A DNA stretch of 62,155 bases, counting the filler. It is 5 parts of 5 records of this genome, joined end to end, with 100 filler letters (N's around TTAATTAATTAA, not from the genome) between each part and the next. Parts side by side here need not be neighbours in the genome. Positions count along the whole stretch, not along the records: positions 41,837 to 49,425 come from DRR723986_17771; positions 49,526 to 54,874 come from DRR723986_17773; positions 54,975 to 62,155 come from DRR723986_17851; 2 more parts are not named here. The stretch is one strand, 5' to 3'. The notes below the pieces were generated by a model, which saw only the letters and a list, made by a program, of their open reading frames with translations, was not told the origin of the DNA and did no database searches. A program made the translations under genes and the position numbers. This document shows positions 47,238 through 56,174 of this stretch, piece after piece (the first letter of the stretch is position 1; each line of letters starts with the position of its first letter).

Positions 47238-48803
47238 ATGTTGGATGCCAATATCAAAGGACAGTTGAAGGCCTATATGGAAAAGCTGCAGCAGCCGATT
47301 GAGCTGGTGGCAGCCTATGACGACAGCAAGAAGTCCGAGGAGCTCAAGCAGCTGCTGGAAGAAATCGAGCCGATGTCCGAGAAGATCAGCCTGCGGACCG
47401 AGGAATCGACCGAGGTGCGTCGTCCGTCCTTCGCCATCAACCGTGTTGGTACCGACATTGGCGTTCGCTTTGCCGGCATTCCCATGGGCCACGAATTTAC
47501 CTCGCTGGTGCTGGCCCTGCTGCAGGTGGGTGGCCATCCATCCAAGGCGTCTCAGGAAGTGATCCAGCAGGTTCAGGAGCTGGAAGGTGAGTTCGAGTTT
47601 GAAACCTACTTCTCGCTGTCCTGCCAGAACTGCCCGGACGTGGTTCAGGCCCTGAACCTGATGAGCGTGCTGAACCCGAACATCAAGCACACCTCCATTG
47701 ACGGTGCCCTGTTCCAGGACGAAGTTGAGCAGCGTGAAGTGATGGCGGTACCCAGTGTTTACCTGAATGGCCAGCCCTGGGGCCAGGGCCGGATGACGCT
47801 GGAAGAGATTGCGGCCAAGCTGGACACCAACTCGGCTGAAAAAGAAGCTCGTAAGATCAACCAGAAAGATGCGTTTGACGTTCTGGTGATCGGTGGTGGC
47901 CCGGCAGGTTCTGCTGCGGCTATCTATGCCGCACGAAAGGGCATTGCGACCGGTATCGCGGCTGAGCGTTTTGGTGGCCAGGTGGCCGACACCATGGGCA
48001 TCGAAAACCTGATTTCCGTGCCTTACACCGAAGGCCCGAAACTGGTGGCGGCCATGGAGCAGCACGTCAACGAATACGAAGTCGACATCATGAACATGCA
48101 GCGTGCCGAGAAGCTGATTCCGGCCGAGCAGACCGGAGGCCTGCACGAGGTACGCCTGGCCAACGGCGGCTCTCTGAAAGCTCGCACGGTGATTCTGTCC
48201 ACCGGTGCCCGCTGGCGCCAGATGGGTGTGCCGGGTGAGGAAGAGTACCGCAACAAGGGCGTGGCCTACTGCCCGCATTGCGACGGCCCGCTGTTCAAAG
48301 GCAAGCGCGTAGCGGTGATTGGCGGTGGTAACTCCGGCGTGGAAGCGGCCATCGACCTGGCAGGTATTGTCGGCCACGTGACGCTGATCGAGTTTGGCGA
48401 GCAGATGCGTGCCGATGAAGTGCTGCAGAAGAAACTTCGCAGCCTGAACAACGTGAAGATCATTACGTCTGGCCAGACCACGGAAGTGGTGGGTACCGAT
48501 GGCAAGGTCAGCGGCCTGAACTACACCGACCGTACCACCGGTGAGTCGCATCACGTTGAGCTGGAAGGCGTGTTTGTTCAGATCGGCCTGGTGCCGAACA
48601 CCGAGTGGCTGAAAGGCGACATCGAACTGAGCCAGCACGGCGAGATCATCGTAAATGATCGTAACGAGACTTCGATCCCGGGTGTGTTCGCGGCAGGCGA
48701 TGCCACCACCGTGCCCTACAAGCAGATCGTGATCTCTATGGGTGAAGGTTCCAAGGCTGCCCTGAGCGCCTTCGACTTCCTGATCCGTAACTCTGCTGAG
48801 TAA
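47238..48803 (+). CDS. ahpF: Alkyl hydroperoxide reductase subunit F
   Basis: CQNC N-terminal redox centre, GGGPAG, CPHCDG, GGGNSG; 521 aa. Confidence 0.98.
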   Translation: MLDANIKGQLKAYMEKLQQPIELVAAYDDSKKSEELKQLLEEIEPMSEKISLRTEESTEVRRPSFAINRVGTDIGVRFAGIPMGHEFTSLVLALLQVGGHPSKASQEVIQQVQELEGEFEFETYFSLSCQNCPDVVQALNLMSVLNPNIKHTSIDGALFQDEVEQREVMAVPSVYLNGQPWGQGRMTLEEIAAKLDTNSAEKEARKINQKDAFDVLVIGGGPAGSAAAIYAARKGIATGIAAERFGGQVADTMGIENLISVPYTEGPKLVAAMEQHVNEYEVDIMNMQRAEKLIPAEQTGGLHEVRLANGGSLKARTVILSTGARWRQMGVPGEEEYRNKGVAYCPHCDGPLFKGKRVAVIGGGNSGVEAAIDLAGIVGHVTLIEFGEQMRADEVLQKKLRSLNNVKIITSGQTTEVVGTDGKVSGLNYTDRTTGESHHVELEGVFVQIGLVPNTEWLKGDIELSQHGEIIVNDRNETSIPGVFAAGDATTVPYKQIVISMGEGSKAALSAFDFLIRNSAE

Positions 48804-48840
48804 GTTGTTCACACAAGCCTGAATTCAGGCTGCCCCCTGA

Positions 48841-48878
48841 AACCGGCGCCCACGGGAAGTGAGCTGCCGGTTTTTTTT
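48841..48878 (+). terminator. Intrinsic terminator after ahpF
   Basis: AACCGGC-GCCCAC-GGGAA-GTGAGCT-GCCGG-TTTTTTTT. Confidence 0.8.
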
Positions 48879-48884
48879 ATGGCT

Positions 48885-49424
48885 TCAGGAACGGTCCGAG
48901 ATGTCCTGTTCCAGGCTGCCCGTCTTGGTTTGGGGCTGGCCATCCGCTTCAAACAGGTGGCCATAGGCCCGGCGAACGCCGTCAACGATGAAATCGAAGG
49001 GCACATCGTCGAACACGCCGTGATCGTTGATGTATTCCATATGCGCCTGGCCGTCTTCCGTGAATTCCTGGAAGACCGAGTCGTTCACCCCATCAAACGG
49101 CAGGGGCTCTACCTTCATCAGCTCGCATAACTGTCGGTTGAAGGCCGGTGTGGCCTTCACCCAGCGACCATTGAGATACAGCTCGATAAAGCCGTGCATG
49201 CGGAAAATGTCGGAACGCAGCCACTCAATCAGCTTCGGGCTGGAAAGATGGTTACGTACATCCGCCAGGCCCAGCCGGCTGGGAATGCCGATGGAGCGGG
49301 CTGCAGCACCCAGCAGCACGGCTTTGGGAATGCAGTAGGTTTCGCCCGATTCCAGCGCGTAACTGGCCGAGAGCGTGCGTGGCTCGGTTCTGAACACGTA
49401 GGGGTTGTACTGGATGCTGTCGCG
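48885..49424 (-). CDS. Transglutaminase-like protein (5' truncated)
   Basis: RDSIQYNPY, YCIPKA (catalytic Cys), GIPSRLGLADVRNH, HG, WVKATPAF. Confidence 0.9.
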   Translation of the reverse strand, partial: RDSIQYNPYVFRTEPRTLSASYALESGETYCIPKAVLLGAAARSIGIPSRLGLADVRNHLSSPKLIEWLRSDIFRMHGFIELYLNGRWVKATPAFNRQLCELMKVEPLPFDGVNDSVFQEFTEDGQAHMEYINDHGVFDDVPFDFIVDGVRRAYGHLFEADGQPQTKTGSLEQDISDRS

Positions 49425-49425
49425 C

Positions 49426-49525
49426 NNNNNNNNNNNNNNNNNNNNNNNNNNNNNNNNNNNNNNNNNNNNTTAATTAATTAANNNNNNNNNNNNNNNNNNN
49501 NNNNNNNNNNNNNNNNNNNNNNNNN
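49426..49525. other. Artificial contig spacer
   Basis: N44-TTAATTAATTAA-N44. Confidence 0.99.
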
Positions 49526-49910
49526 CGAAAGCGTTGCTTGATTAAAACCAAACGCCGGAGTTCGACTTCAACAGAGCTAGTCGCATCGTCAGTTCACACA
49601 AGACGGTGAATGCTCCAAGCTTGAGTGCTTCGAAAACTGAATGACCACAAATGTGAAAATTATTGTCTTCGCAACAAAACGTCATTGTATAAATAAGATG
49701 CATCGCGTGCAACGCTCAACTCCTGAAGGAATTAGGGGATAAGCGGGGATCTCGCATTCGACGCCGGTGTTTCTACTAGCAGCAATGCATCCCCATTTCA
49801 GTCAATTACAAGCTTTCGGCACGATCTTTAGTGCTGCCCAACATCGCATGGCCTGAAAAAGTCTATAGCGGGTGGAAACTAACGGAAACGTGCAAGCAAA
49901 TTCACCAAAA

Positions 49911-50300
49911 TCAAACTCTAGACTCAAGCCATATTTGCTCAACTTGTTCACTTAAGGTCATTGGGTCAAATGGTTTGACGATAACCGCAGCAGCTCCCAG
50001 CTGCAGATATGCTTTTTGTTCGTGCAATTGGGCCTTTGCTGTAAGGAAGACCACGGGAATTGCCTTGTAACGATCGTCGTTCTTTAATTCGGCCATAGTC
50101 TCAGGACCGTCCAAGCCAGGCATCATCACGTCCATGAGGATCAATTGAGGCTGCACATCACTAATGCCCTCGAGAGCTTCTGCGCCGCCGCTGAAGTGAA
50201 CAACTTCGTATCCGCCAATATCCGCCAGGATCATGACCGCTATTTCTGCAATACTTGGATCGTCCTCAACCAGCATCAAGCGCGTCAATTTTTCCGTCAT
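49911..50300 (-). CDS. Single-domain response regulator (REC)
   Basis: LVEDD, LMDVMMPGLDG, FLTA, KPFDP. Confidence 0.95.
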   Translation of the reverse strand: MTEKLTRLMLVEDDPSIAEIAVMILADIGGYEVVHFSGGAEALEGISDVQPQLILMDVMMPGLDGPETMAELKNDDRYKAIPVVFLTAKAQLHEQKAYLQLGAAAVIVKPFDPMTLSEQVEQIWLESRV

Positions 50301-50559
50301 ATTTTCTCACAACATTCAAAAATGCGAACGTCATCGTAAGTCTACATTGTCCCAAATTCGATACAAAATGTTGAAATCGCAGCGATAGACCGAAAGCGCA
50401 ATGATTCTACTAAAGCGTTTAATCGGCTTTATACGTATTCCATTCTGCTCCAATACAAACAGAGCGTTAACTCAATGAGATTAGTGTTGTTGCTTATGGG
50501 TGCGCATTGGTAGTTCAAAGGACTATGCATCTATTGCTTGAGAAACGGAAGCCGATCTG

Positions 50560-53500
50560 ATGCGCAAAAGACTGTTGACGCCTATTTTGGAAAGAAACCA
50601 TGCATCCAACGGACAGTCAGTAGCAATCACGTTCATCGTTGCCGCCCTTTATTTCATTTCTGGTGGATTGGGGCTCCAGTTTGCACCTCCCCCAGGGTAC
50701 GCAACAATTGTTTGGCCAGCTTCGGGAATTGCAGTCGCCAGCCTGCTTCTTTTTGGACCAAGGTATGTTGCCGGTGTTTTCCTGGGTGCGTTTTGTCTCA
50801 ACGCGATCGAAAGCGGACTACTTGGTGAGGGGCCGTTCAACACCAAGGCCATATACGTCGGAGTAGGCATTGCGGTAGGATCGAGCCTGCAGGCCTTGTT
50901 TGCCTATTTCCTGATCCGAAAGTTTTTCGGAAATCCAATCAAATTTGAAAAGACTACAGATGTTGCATTGTTTGCAATAATTGTCGGTCCAATTGCCTGC
51001 CTCATTGCAGCTACTGTCGGCGTATTCGTACTCCACCTTGCGGAGATCCTACCTGGTAACTTGATCCTCCGCACATGGGTAAACTGGTGGAGCGGTGACC
51101 TGATTGGAATTCTGGTCTTTCTTCCACTGGGCCTCTTGAGCCCTTGGGGCGCCGGGGCCCTTGAATGGCGCGGCCGGCCTGTTACAGGACTTCGCCTTGC
51201 TTCAATCACCGTTATCGCAACCGCTCTTGGCCTTTCATTCTATGCATGGAAAGTGACCAGTGAGATCGTGTTCGAGCGCAATCGCATCGCATTTGAGGAA
51301 CTGGCGGACGATCACGCGCGCGCTCTGGAACACAGGCTCCAATCCTACGTTCGAAGCCTTGATGGTGGAACGGGTTTGTTACAGGCGGCGGAAAATATTC
51401 GGTTGCCGGAGTGGCGCGCCTATGTCGATGAACTCAACATTGGCAGCTCCCTTCCGGGGATCAACGGCATCGGGTTTATCTCTGACGTTGCCAATGAGGA
51501 TATGAACGCGTTTCTTGTACGGGCCGAACAGGACGGCGTCCGCAATCTCACACCGTACCCGGAAGATGTCTCACGCGCCAATTTCATCATCCGCTACATA
51601 GAGCCACTTGAACAGAACTATCAGGCAGTAGGCCTAAACATCGCTTTTGAGGATCATCGCTATGACGCTGCCACGCGCGCACGCGACGAAGGCAAGGCTA
51701 TCATTACCAAGCGCATTTTTCTGGTCCAGGACGAAACAAAAAACGCAGGTTTCCTAGTGTTGCGACCGGTCTATTTCATGGGCCAGCCATTGGAAACAGT
51801 TGATCAGCGGCGGCGTGCATTCAGAGGCTGGGTCTACGCTCCATTTATTAGCAATCGCTTCATGGACCAGCTTACGCTCAGTCAGGGAAAGACACTTCAA
51901 GCCAAGGTCTACGACGGAAACGTGATCGACAAAAACAAGCTCATATTTTCCAGTGACGGAGAAGCAGAGCCGAACTCCTCTGCACGCCACACAACCTCCA
52001 AAACTCTTCCGGTTCTCGGTGAAAACTGGACAATAGTCTGGGAGAGCACCCGGGGCTTTGAGGCCAGTGTTCGTTCAAACGAGCCGACAGCTGTCCTCGT
52101 AAGCGGTGTTTCTCTTTCTCTGCTGCTGTCGCTTTATTTGATGTCCGCAGCTCGCAGAGAAGAAGCGATCCAGAAAAAAGTAGAGCAAAAAACTAGAGAG
52201 CTCAAGGAACGGCAAACCGAAAACCAATCGATCGTCGAGACAGCACTGGTTTCTATTTTCCTCCTCGACAACGCAGGCCAAATCCTGTCGGCAAATGCAA
52301 CCGCAATCGATATGTTCGAGTACTCGATGGAGGAGTTACAGACTTGTTCGCTATCCAGTCTGTTGCCCGGAGATGGTGATGGTGATGGTGATGGCTATTC
52401 CAGATTCAAACAGATTGTCGAGACTGTCGAGAAAGCAAATACCGAGAAAAATGCAGTCATCGGCTTCACGAAAAACGGAGCAAAGCTCTTCCTTAACGTG
52501 CAATTAAATCACTGGAAAACCGAGCGAGGCGACGATCGATATACAGCAATTCTCAGCGACGTGACCGATGAATTTGTTGCAAAAAGAGCCTTAACGCAGG
52601 CCGAGGAGCGATGGAGTATCGCACTCAGTGGAGGAAATATCGGCGTATTCGATATTGATCTGCAAGAAGGGACTTCGATTGTCTCCAGCACTTGGAAAAC
52701 CATGCTTGGCTTCGACGCGGAGGAAGACATTGAACCGCAAAAGGAATGGCAAGAAAGGGTTCATCCTGAAGATTTACCAAAAGTTCGGAAAGCAGATCAG
52801 GATTGCTTCGAGGGAAAGCTAGAAACATCTGAATGCGAATATAGAATTCGACGCAAGGATGGAAATTGGATCTGGCTTAGATCGAATGCCATTGTAACGT
52901 CCCGAACAGACAACGGTATACCTACACGATTTGTTGGAACACAAACAGACATAACAGCTCTGAAAAATGCTGAGGCCTCACTTAGGGCAAGCCAGCAGCA
53001 ATTGAGCGTTACAATCTCCAACGCTCCCATCGGCATGGCACTTGTGAGCATCTCCGGTAACTGGATGCAGGCCAACGATGCCATAAGTGAGTTTCTCGGT
53101 TTCAAGGAAGAGGAGTTGTTACAAACTCCATTATTGCAAACAATCAATGATCCAACTTCTCTGAAATGGGGATCCCTGACAAAAGCGTTGTTACTCGGCA
53201 ATACTCAAACTTTGCAGGAAGAACTGCAATTCAACCATGCCAACGGCTCTGTGCTATGGGGACAACTCAATGTATCTCTAGCGTATGACGACCACGGTGC
53301 ACCGTCCCATTTTATTTGCCAGATACTTGATATCAACGACCGAAAGGAAATGGACCGCCTGAAGAGTGAGTTCATTTCGAACGTCAGTCATGAGCTGCGT
53401 ACGCCTCTGACGTCCATACGAGGGTCACTTGGACTGATCGCTGGAACGCTGGCGCAGGAGATTCCCGAAAAAGTCATGCGGTTGCTGACGATTGCACATC

Positions 53501-54459
53501 AAAACAGTGAGCGTTTGATCGCCTTGATCAACGACATTCTTGATGTAGAAAAACTGTCAACCGACAAGATCGTGTTCAACCTCAAGCAGGAGAGCTTGCA
53601 GGAACAGGTTCAACTCGCCGCAGTCGCCAATAAGGCATATGCGGACGATTTTGGTATCAGTTTGCAGGTTGATTTGGCTGATACCGCACGTGAGGTGCAT
53701 GTCGACAAGGCAAGACTCCAACAGATCCTGTCCAATCTGATCTCAAACGCTGTAAAATTTTCACCAAAGGGGGGAATGGTTACTCTGAAGGTCTCCGACG
53801 TAGGGGCAATCACCCGGATCTCGGTTTGTGACAAGGGACCCGGTATCCCGCCGGCGTTCCAGGCAAAACTTTTCACTCCGTTTTCACAGGCAGATGGATC
53901 ATCCACCCGTCACGTAGAAGGAACCGGCCTTGGGCTGCATATTACCAAAAAGCTGGTAGAAAGGATGGGCGGGGCAATCTGGTATTCGACCGCCGAAGAC
54001 GAAGGAACGATCTTCAATGTCGATTTTTCGGTGCATGCTAGTTCCATGGACCAAAGAGTTGAGGCTGATGAACCAAAGTGCAAGGCATTGCATATCGAGG
54101 ACGATCAGGATTTCAGCTACTTCCTGGCCCTCGCTCTTACCGAGACAATTTACATCGAGAATGCGGCAACACTGTCCGCCGCGGAAGCAACCCTCGAGAC
54201 ACATGCTTTCGATATGCTGATCGTGGATATCAGCCTGCCGGATGGTGATGGGCGTGAGATTATCGAAAAACTGCCCGAAGATTGGCACAAACCTGTTGTA
54301 ATTCTGACAGCCGACGAAGAATTGCAGGACTTTGAGGGCGCTGATCTCGTTCTCGTGAAAACGAAATCGAGCGAGGACGACATCATTGGCGCGATTAAGG
54401 ATCTTGCGGCAAAATGCACCGGACCATCGCAAGAGACAGACCGCAGCCAGGTTATCTGA
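50560..54459 (+). CDS. Hybrid sensor kinase MASE1-CHASE-PAS(x3)-HisKA-HATPase-REC
   Basis: WPASG and WWSGDLIG (MASE1); LPGINGIG, YIEP, AVGLNI, LVQD (CHASE); RVHPED (PAS); SHELRTPL, NLISNAVKF, GTGLGL; C-terminal IEDD/DISLPDG. Confidence 0.95.
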   Translation: MRKRLLTPILERNHASNGQSVAITFIVAALYFISGGLGLQFAPPPGYATIVWPASGIAVASLLLFGPRYVAGVFLGAFCLNAIESGLLGEGPFNTKAIYVGVGIAVGSSLQALFAYFLIRKFFGNPIKFEKTTDVALFAIIVGPIACLIAATVGVFVLHLAEILPGNLILRTWVNWWSGDLIGILVFLPLGLLSPWGAGALEWRGRPVTGLRLASITVIATALGLSFYAWKVTSEIVFERNRIAFEELADDHARALEHRLQSYVRSLDGGTGLLQAAENIRLPEWRAYVDELNIGSSLPGINGIGFISDVANEDMNAFLVRAEQDGVRNLTPYPEDVSRANFIIRYIEPLEQNYQAVGLNIAFEDHRYDAATRARDEGKAIITKRIFLVQDETKNAGFLVLRPVYFMGQPLETVDQRRRAFRGWVYAPFISNRFMDQLTLSQGKTLQAKVYDGNVIDKNKLIFSSDGEAEPNSSARHTTSKTLPVLGENWTIVWESTRGFEASVRSNEPTAVLVSGVSLSLLLSLYLMSAARREEAIQKKVEQKTRELKERQTENQSIVETALVSIFLLDNAGQILSANATAIDMFEYSMEELQTCSLSSLLPGDGDGDGDGYSRFKQIVETVEKANTEKNAVIGFTKNGAKLFLNVQLNHWKTERGDDRYTAILSDVTDEFVAKRALTQAEERWSIALSGGNIGVFDIDLQEGTSIVSSTWKTMLGFDAEEDIEPQKEWQERVHPEDLPKVRKADQDCFEGKLETSECEYRIRRKDGNWIWLRSNAIVTSRTDNGIPTRFVGTQTDITALKNAEASLRASQQQLSVTISNAPIGMALVSISGNWMQANDAISEFLGFKEEELLQTPLLQTINDPTSLKWGSLTKALLLGNTQTLQEELQFNHANGSVLWGQLNVSLAYDDHGAPSHFICQILDINDRKEMDRLKSEFISNVSHELRTPLTSIRGSLGLIAGTLAQEIPEKVMRLLTIAHQNSERLIALINDILDVEKLSTDKIVFNLKQESLQEQVQLAAVANKAYADDFGISLQVDLADTAREVHVDKARLQQILSNLISNAVKFSPKGGMVTLKVSDVGAITRISVCDKGPGIPPAFQAKLFTPFSQADGSSTRHVEGTGLGLHITKKLVERMGGAIWYSTAEDEGTIFNVDFSVHASSMDQRVEADEPKCKALHIEDDQDFSYFLALALTETIYIENAATLSAAEATLETHAFDMLIVDISLPDGDGREIIEKLPEDWHKPVVILTADEELQDFEGADLVLVKTKSSEDDIIGAIKDLAAKCTGPSQETDRSQVI

Positions 54460-54652
54460 TTGCCGCATAGGCAGAAAAAGGCTGGGCTTTACACGAAGAT
54501 GCTAAGGACTTGTTCGATGTTAAGCCTTCCGTGCGAGCACCTTAGGGCGTAGCGATAGCCAAGGTTTATAAGAGAAGATGTTCTACGGAATTTGTACCGC
54601 ATACAGGCGCATTCACCTGATGCTCTGATTAAAGCCATTGTTGGCTGCCTGA

Positions 54653-54736
54653 TCAACGCTGGCTGGCATTGAAGTCGCCGCAATGATCCGCAAAGACCTC
54701 TTATCGTCACCAGAAATTTTTGCGACAGAATCCTGA
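54653..54736 (+). mobile_element. IS6-family remnant: transposase C-terminus and right inverted repeat
   Basis: Translates STLAGIEVAAMIRK...FATES*, resembling the IS6 transposase ending TLAGIEVAHMIRKG. The reverse complement of the end is GATTCTGTCGCAAA, versus IS26 GGCACTGTTGCAAA. Confidence 0.75.
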
Positions 54737-54748
54737 CTGGCCTCAAGC

Positions 54749-54874
54749 TCACGCCTTCTCGCCGCGTTTCGGCTGCTCGTACACCTGGAACGACTTTGAT
54801 ACAGACCGCAACGTATCGATCGGCTCGTTCCCGGACAAATTATCGGTAACCGCTGTTCTGCCCCCACGTTGTTT
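54749..54874 (-). CDS. Possible C-terminal fragment of an unidentified protein
   Basis: 41 open codons from the contig edge to TGA (KQRGG...QPKRGEKA*). Confidence 0.3.
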   Translation of the reverse strand, partial: KQRGGRTAVTDNLSGNEPIDTLRSVSKSFQVYEQPKRGEKA

Positions 54875-54974
54875 NNNNNNNNNNNNNNNNNNNNNNNNNN
54901 NNNNNNNNNNNNNNNNNNTTAATTAATTAANNNNNNNNNNNNNNNNNNNNNNNNNNNNNNNNNNNNNNNNNNNN
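54875..54974. other. Artificial contig spacer
   Basis: N44-TTAATTAATTAA-N44. Confidence 0.99.
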
Positions 54975-54975
54975 G

Positions 54976-55332
54976 GAAGACATCTGCTACGCCACCACCA
55001 ACCGCCAGGAAGCGGTGAAAGTGATCGGCAAAGGCACGGGCCTCGTGCTCGTGATCGGGGCAGAGACCAGCTCCAACTCGAAACGCCTCGTCGAAGTCGC
55101 CTTGCGTGCAGGCGCCGCGCGGGCCGAACTGGTCGCCAGCGCCGAAGATATCGACTGGGACTGGTTCGATGGCGTCACCATCCTCGGCCTCACCGCCGGG
55201 GCGAGCGCGCCGGAAGACCTTGTACAGGGCGTGATCGCGTCCTGCCGGTCCCGGTTTGACGTGACTGTCCAGAATATCGAGACCGCCCGCGAAACGGTGA
55301 CCTTCAAGCTGCCGCGCGTCCTGACCGTATAA
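54976..55332 (+). CDS. ispH: 4-hydroxy-3-methylbut-2-enyl diphosphate reductase (5' truncated)
   Basis: [36 protein letters not shown]. Confidence 0.97.
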   Translation, partial: EDICYATTNRQEAVKVIGKGTGLVLVIGAETSSNSKRLVEVALRAGAARAELVASAEDIDWDWFDGVTILGLTAGASAPEDLVQGVIASCRSRFDVTVQNIETARETVTFKLPRVLTV

Positions 55333-55344
55333 GGCCCGGCCCAC

Positions 55345-56070
55345 ATGGCCCTACCGCAGCTGATCCTCATTCCCGGCCGCCTCAATGATGACGGCCTGTG
55401 GCGCCATCAGGTCGCAGCCCTCGGCGATGTCTGCCGCCCGGTCGTGGCGGATGTGACGCGCGGACGTTCCTTCACAGAGCTGGCCGCGTCTGTGCTGTCC
55501 GTGGCGGAGGACACATTCGCGCTCGCCGGCTTCTCCTTTGGCGGCATCGTCGCCATGGACATGGTGCGCCAGGCGCCGGAGCGGATCAGCCGGCTCGCTT
55601 TGCTCGACACGACCATGATGCCCGACACGCCGGAGACGCTCGCCGCACGGCGCATAACGGCCGACATGGCAGAACGCTCGACGCGCTTCCATGGCTTCAG
55701 CGACCCGCTGGCCGGGGCCTATCTCTCCCCGCAGAACCGGAAGAATGAGGACCTGGTGAACGAAATCCGGGCGATGACCGAGCGCCTCGGTGCCGACGTC
55801 TTCGCGCGCCAGACCCGCCTGCCGCGCCCCGACAACCGGGACGCGCTGGCGGCGCTGGACTGCCCCGTGCTGGTCGCCTGTGGAGAAGAGGACGTCCTCA
55901 CCACGCCGGATAGCCACCGCGAGATGGCCGCCCTGATACCGGGGGCGGATCTCGTCATGATCCCGGATGCCGGCCACATGACCCCACTGGAACAGCCAGA
56001 GGCGGTCACGCAGGCATTGAGGGACTGGCTGACCGGCACCCCTGGCAAAGTAAGCCCTGACCTGACTTGA
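55345..56070 (+). CDS. Alpha/beta hydrolase
   Basis: GFSFGG nucleophile elbow, GEED, AGHM. Confidence 0.92.
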   Translation: MALPQLILIPGRLNDDGLWRHQVAALGDVCRPVVADVTRGRSFTELAASVLSVAEDTFALAGFSFGGIVAMDMVRQAPERISRLALLDTTMMPDTPETLAARRITADMAERSTRFHGFSDPLAGAYLSPQNRKNEDLVNEIRAMTERLGADVFARQTRLPRPDNRDALAALDCPVLVACGEEDVLTTPDSHREMAALIPGADLVMIPDAGHMTPLEQPEAVTQALRDWLTGTPGKVSPDLT

Positions 56071-56174
56071 ACCCTCAGAACAGGCGGACCTTTACAGACT
56101 AGCCGTGCCTGTCTGTAATCGATCCAGGTGACGCAACGCATTCACAGGCTCGAGCTGTGAGAAAGGATCATTTC

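Noticed and set aside
47166..48812. 548-aa antisense ORF (likewise 41781-42890, 43674-44540, 45050-46024)
   Set aside because: Shadow ORFs of ahpF, betB, betA and BCCT caused by biased codon usage; no protein motifs
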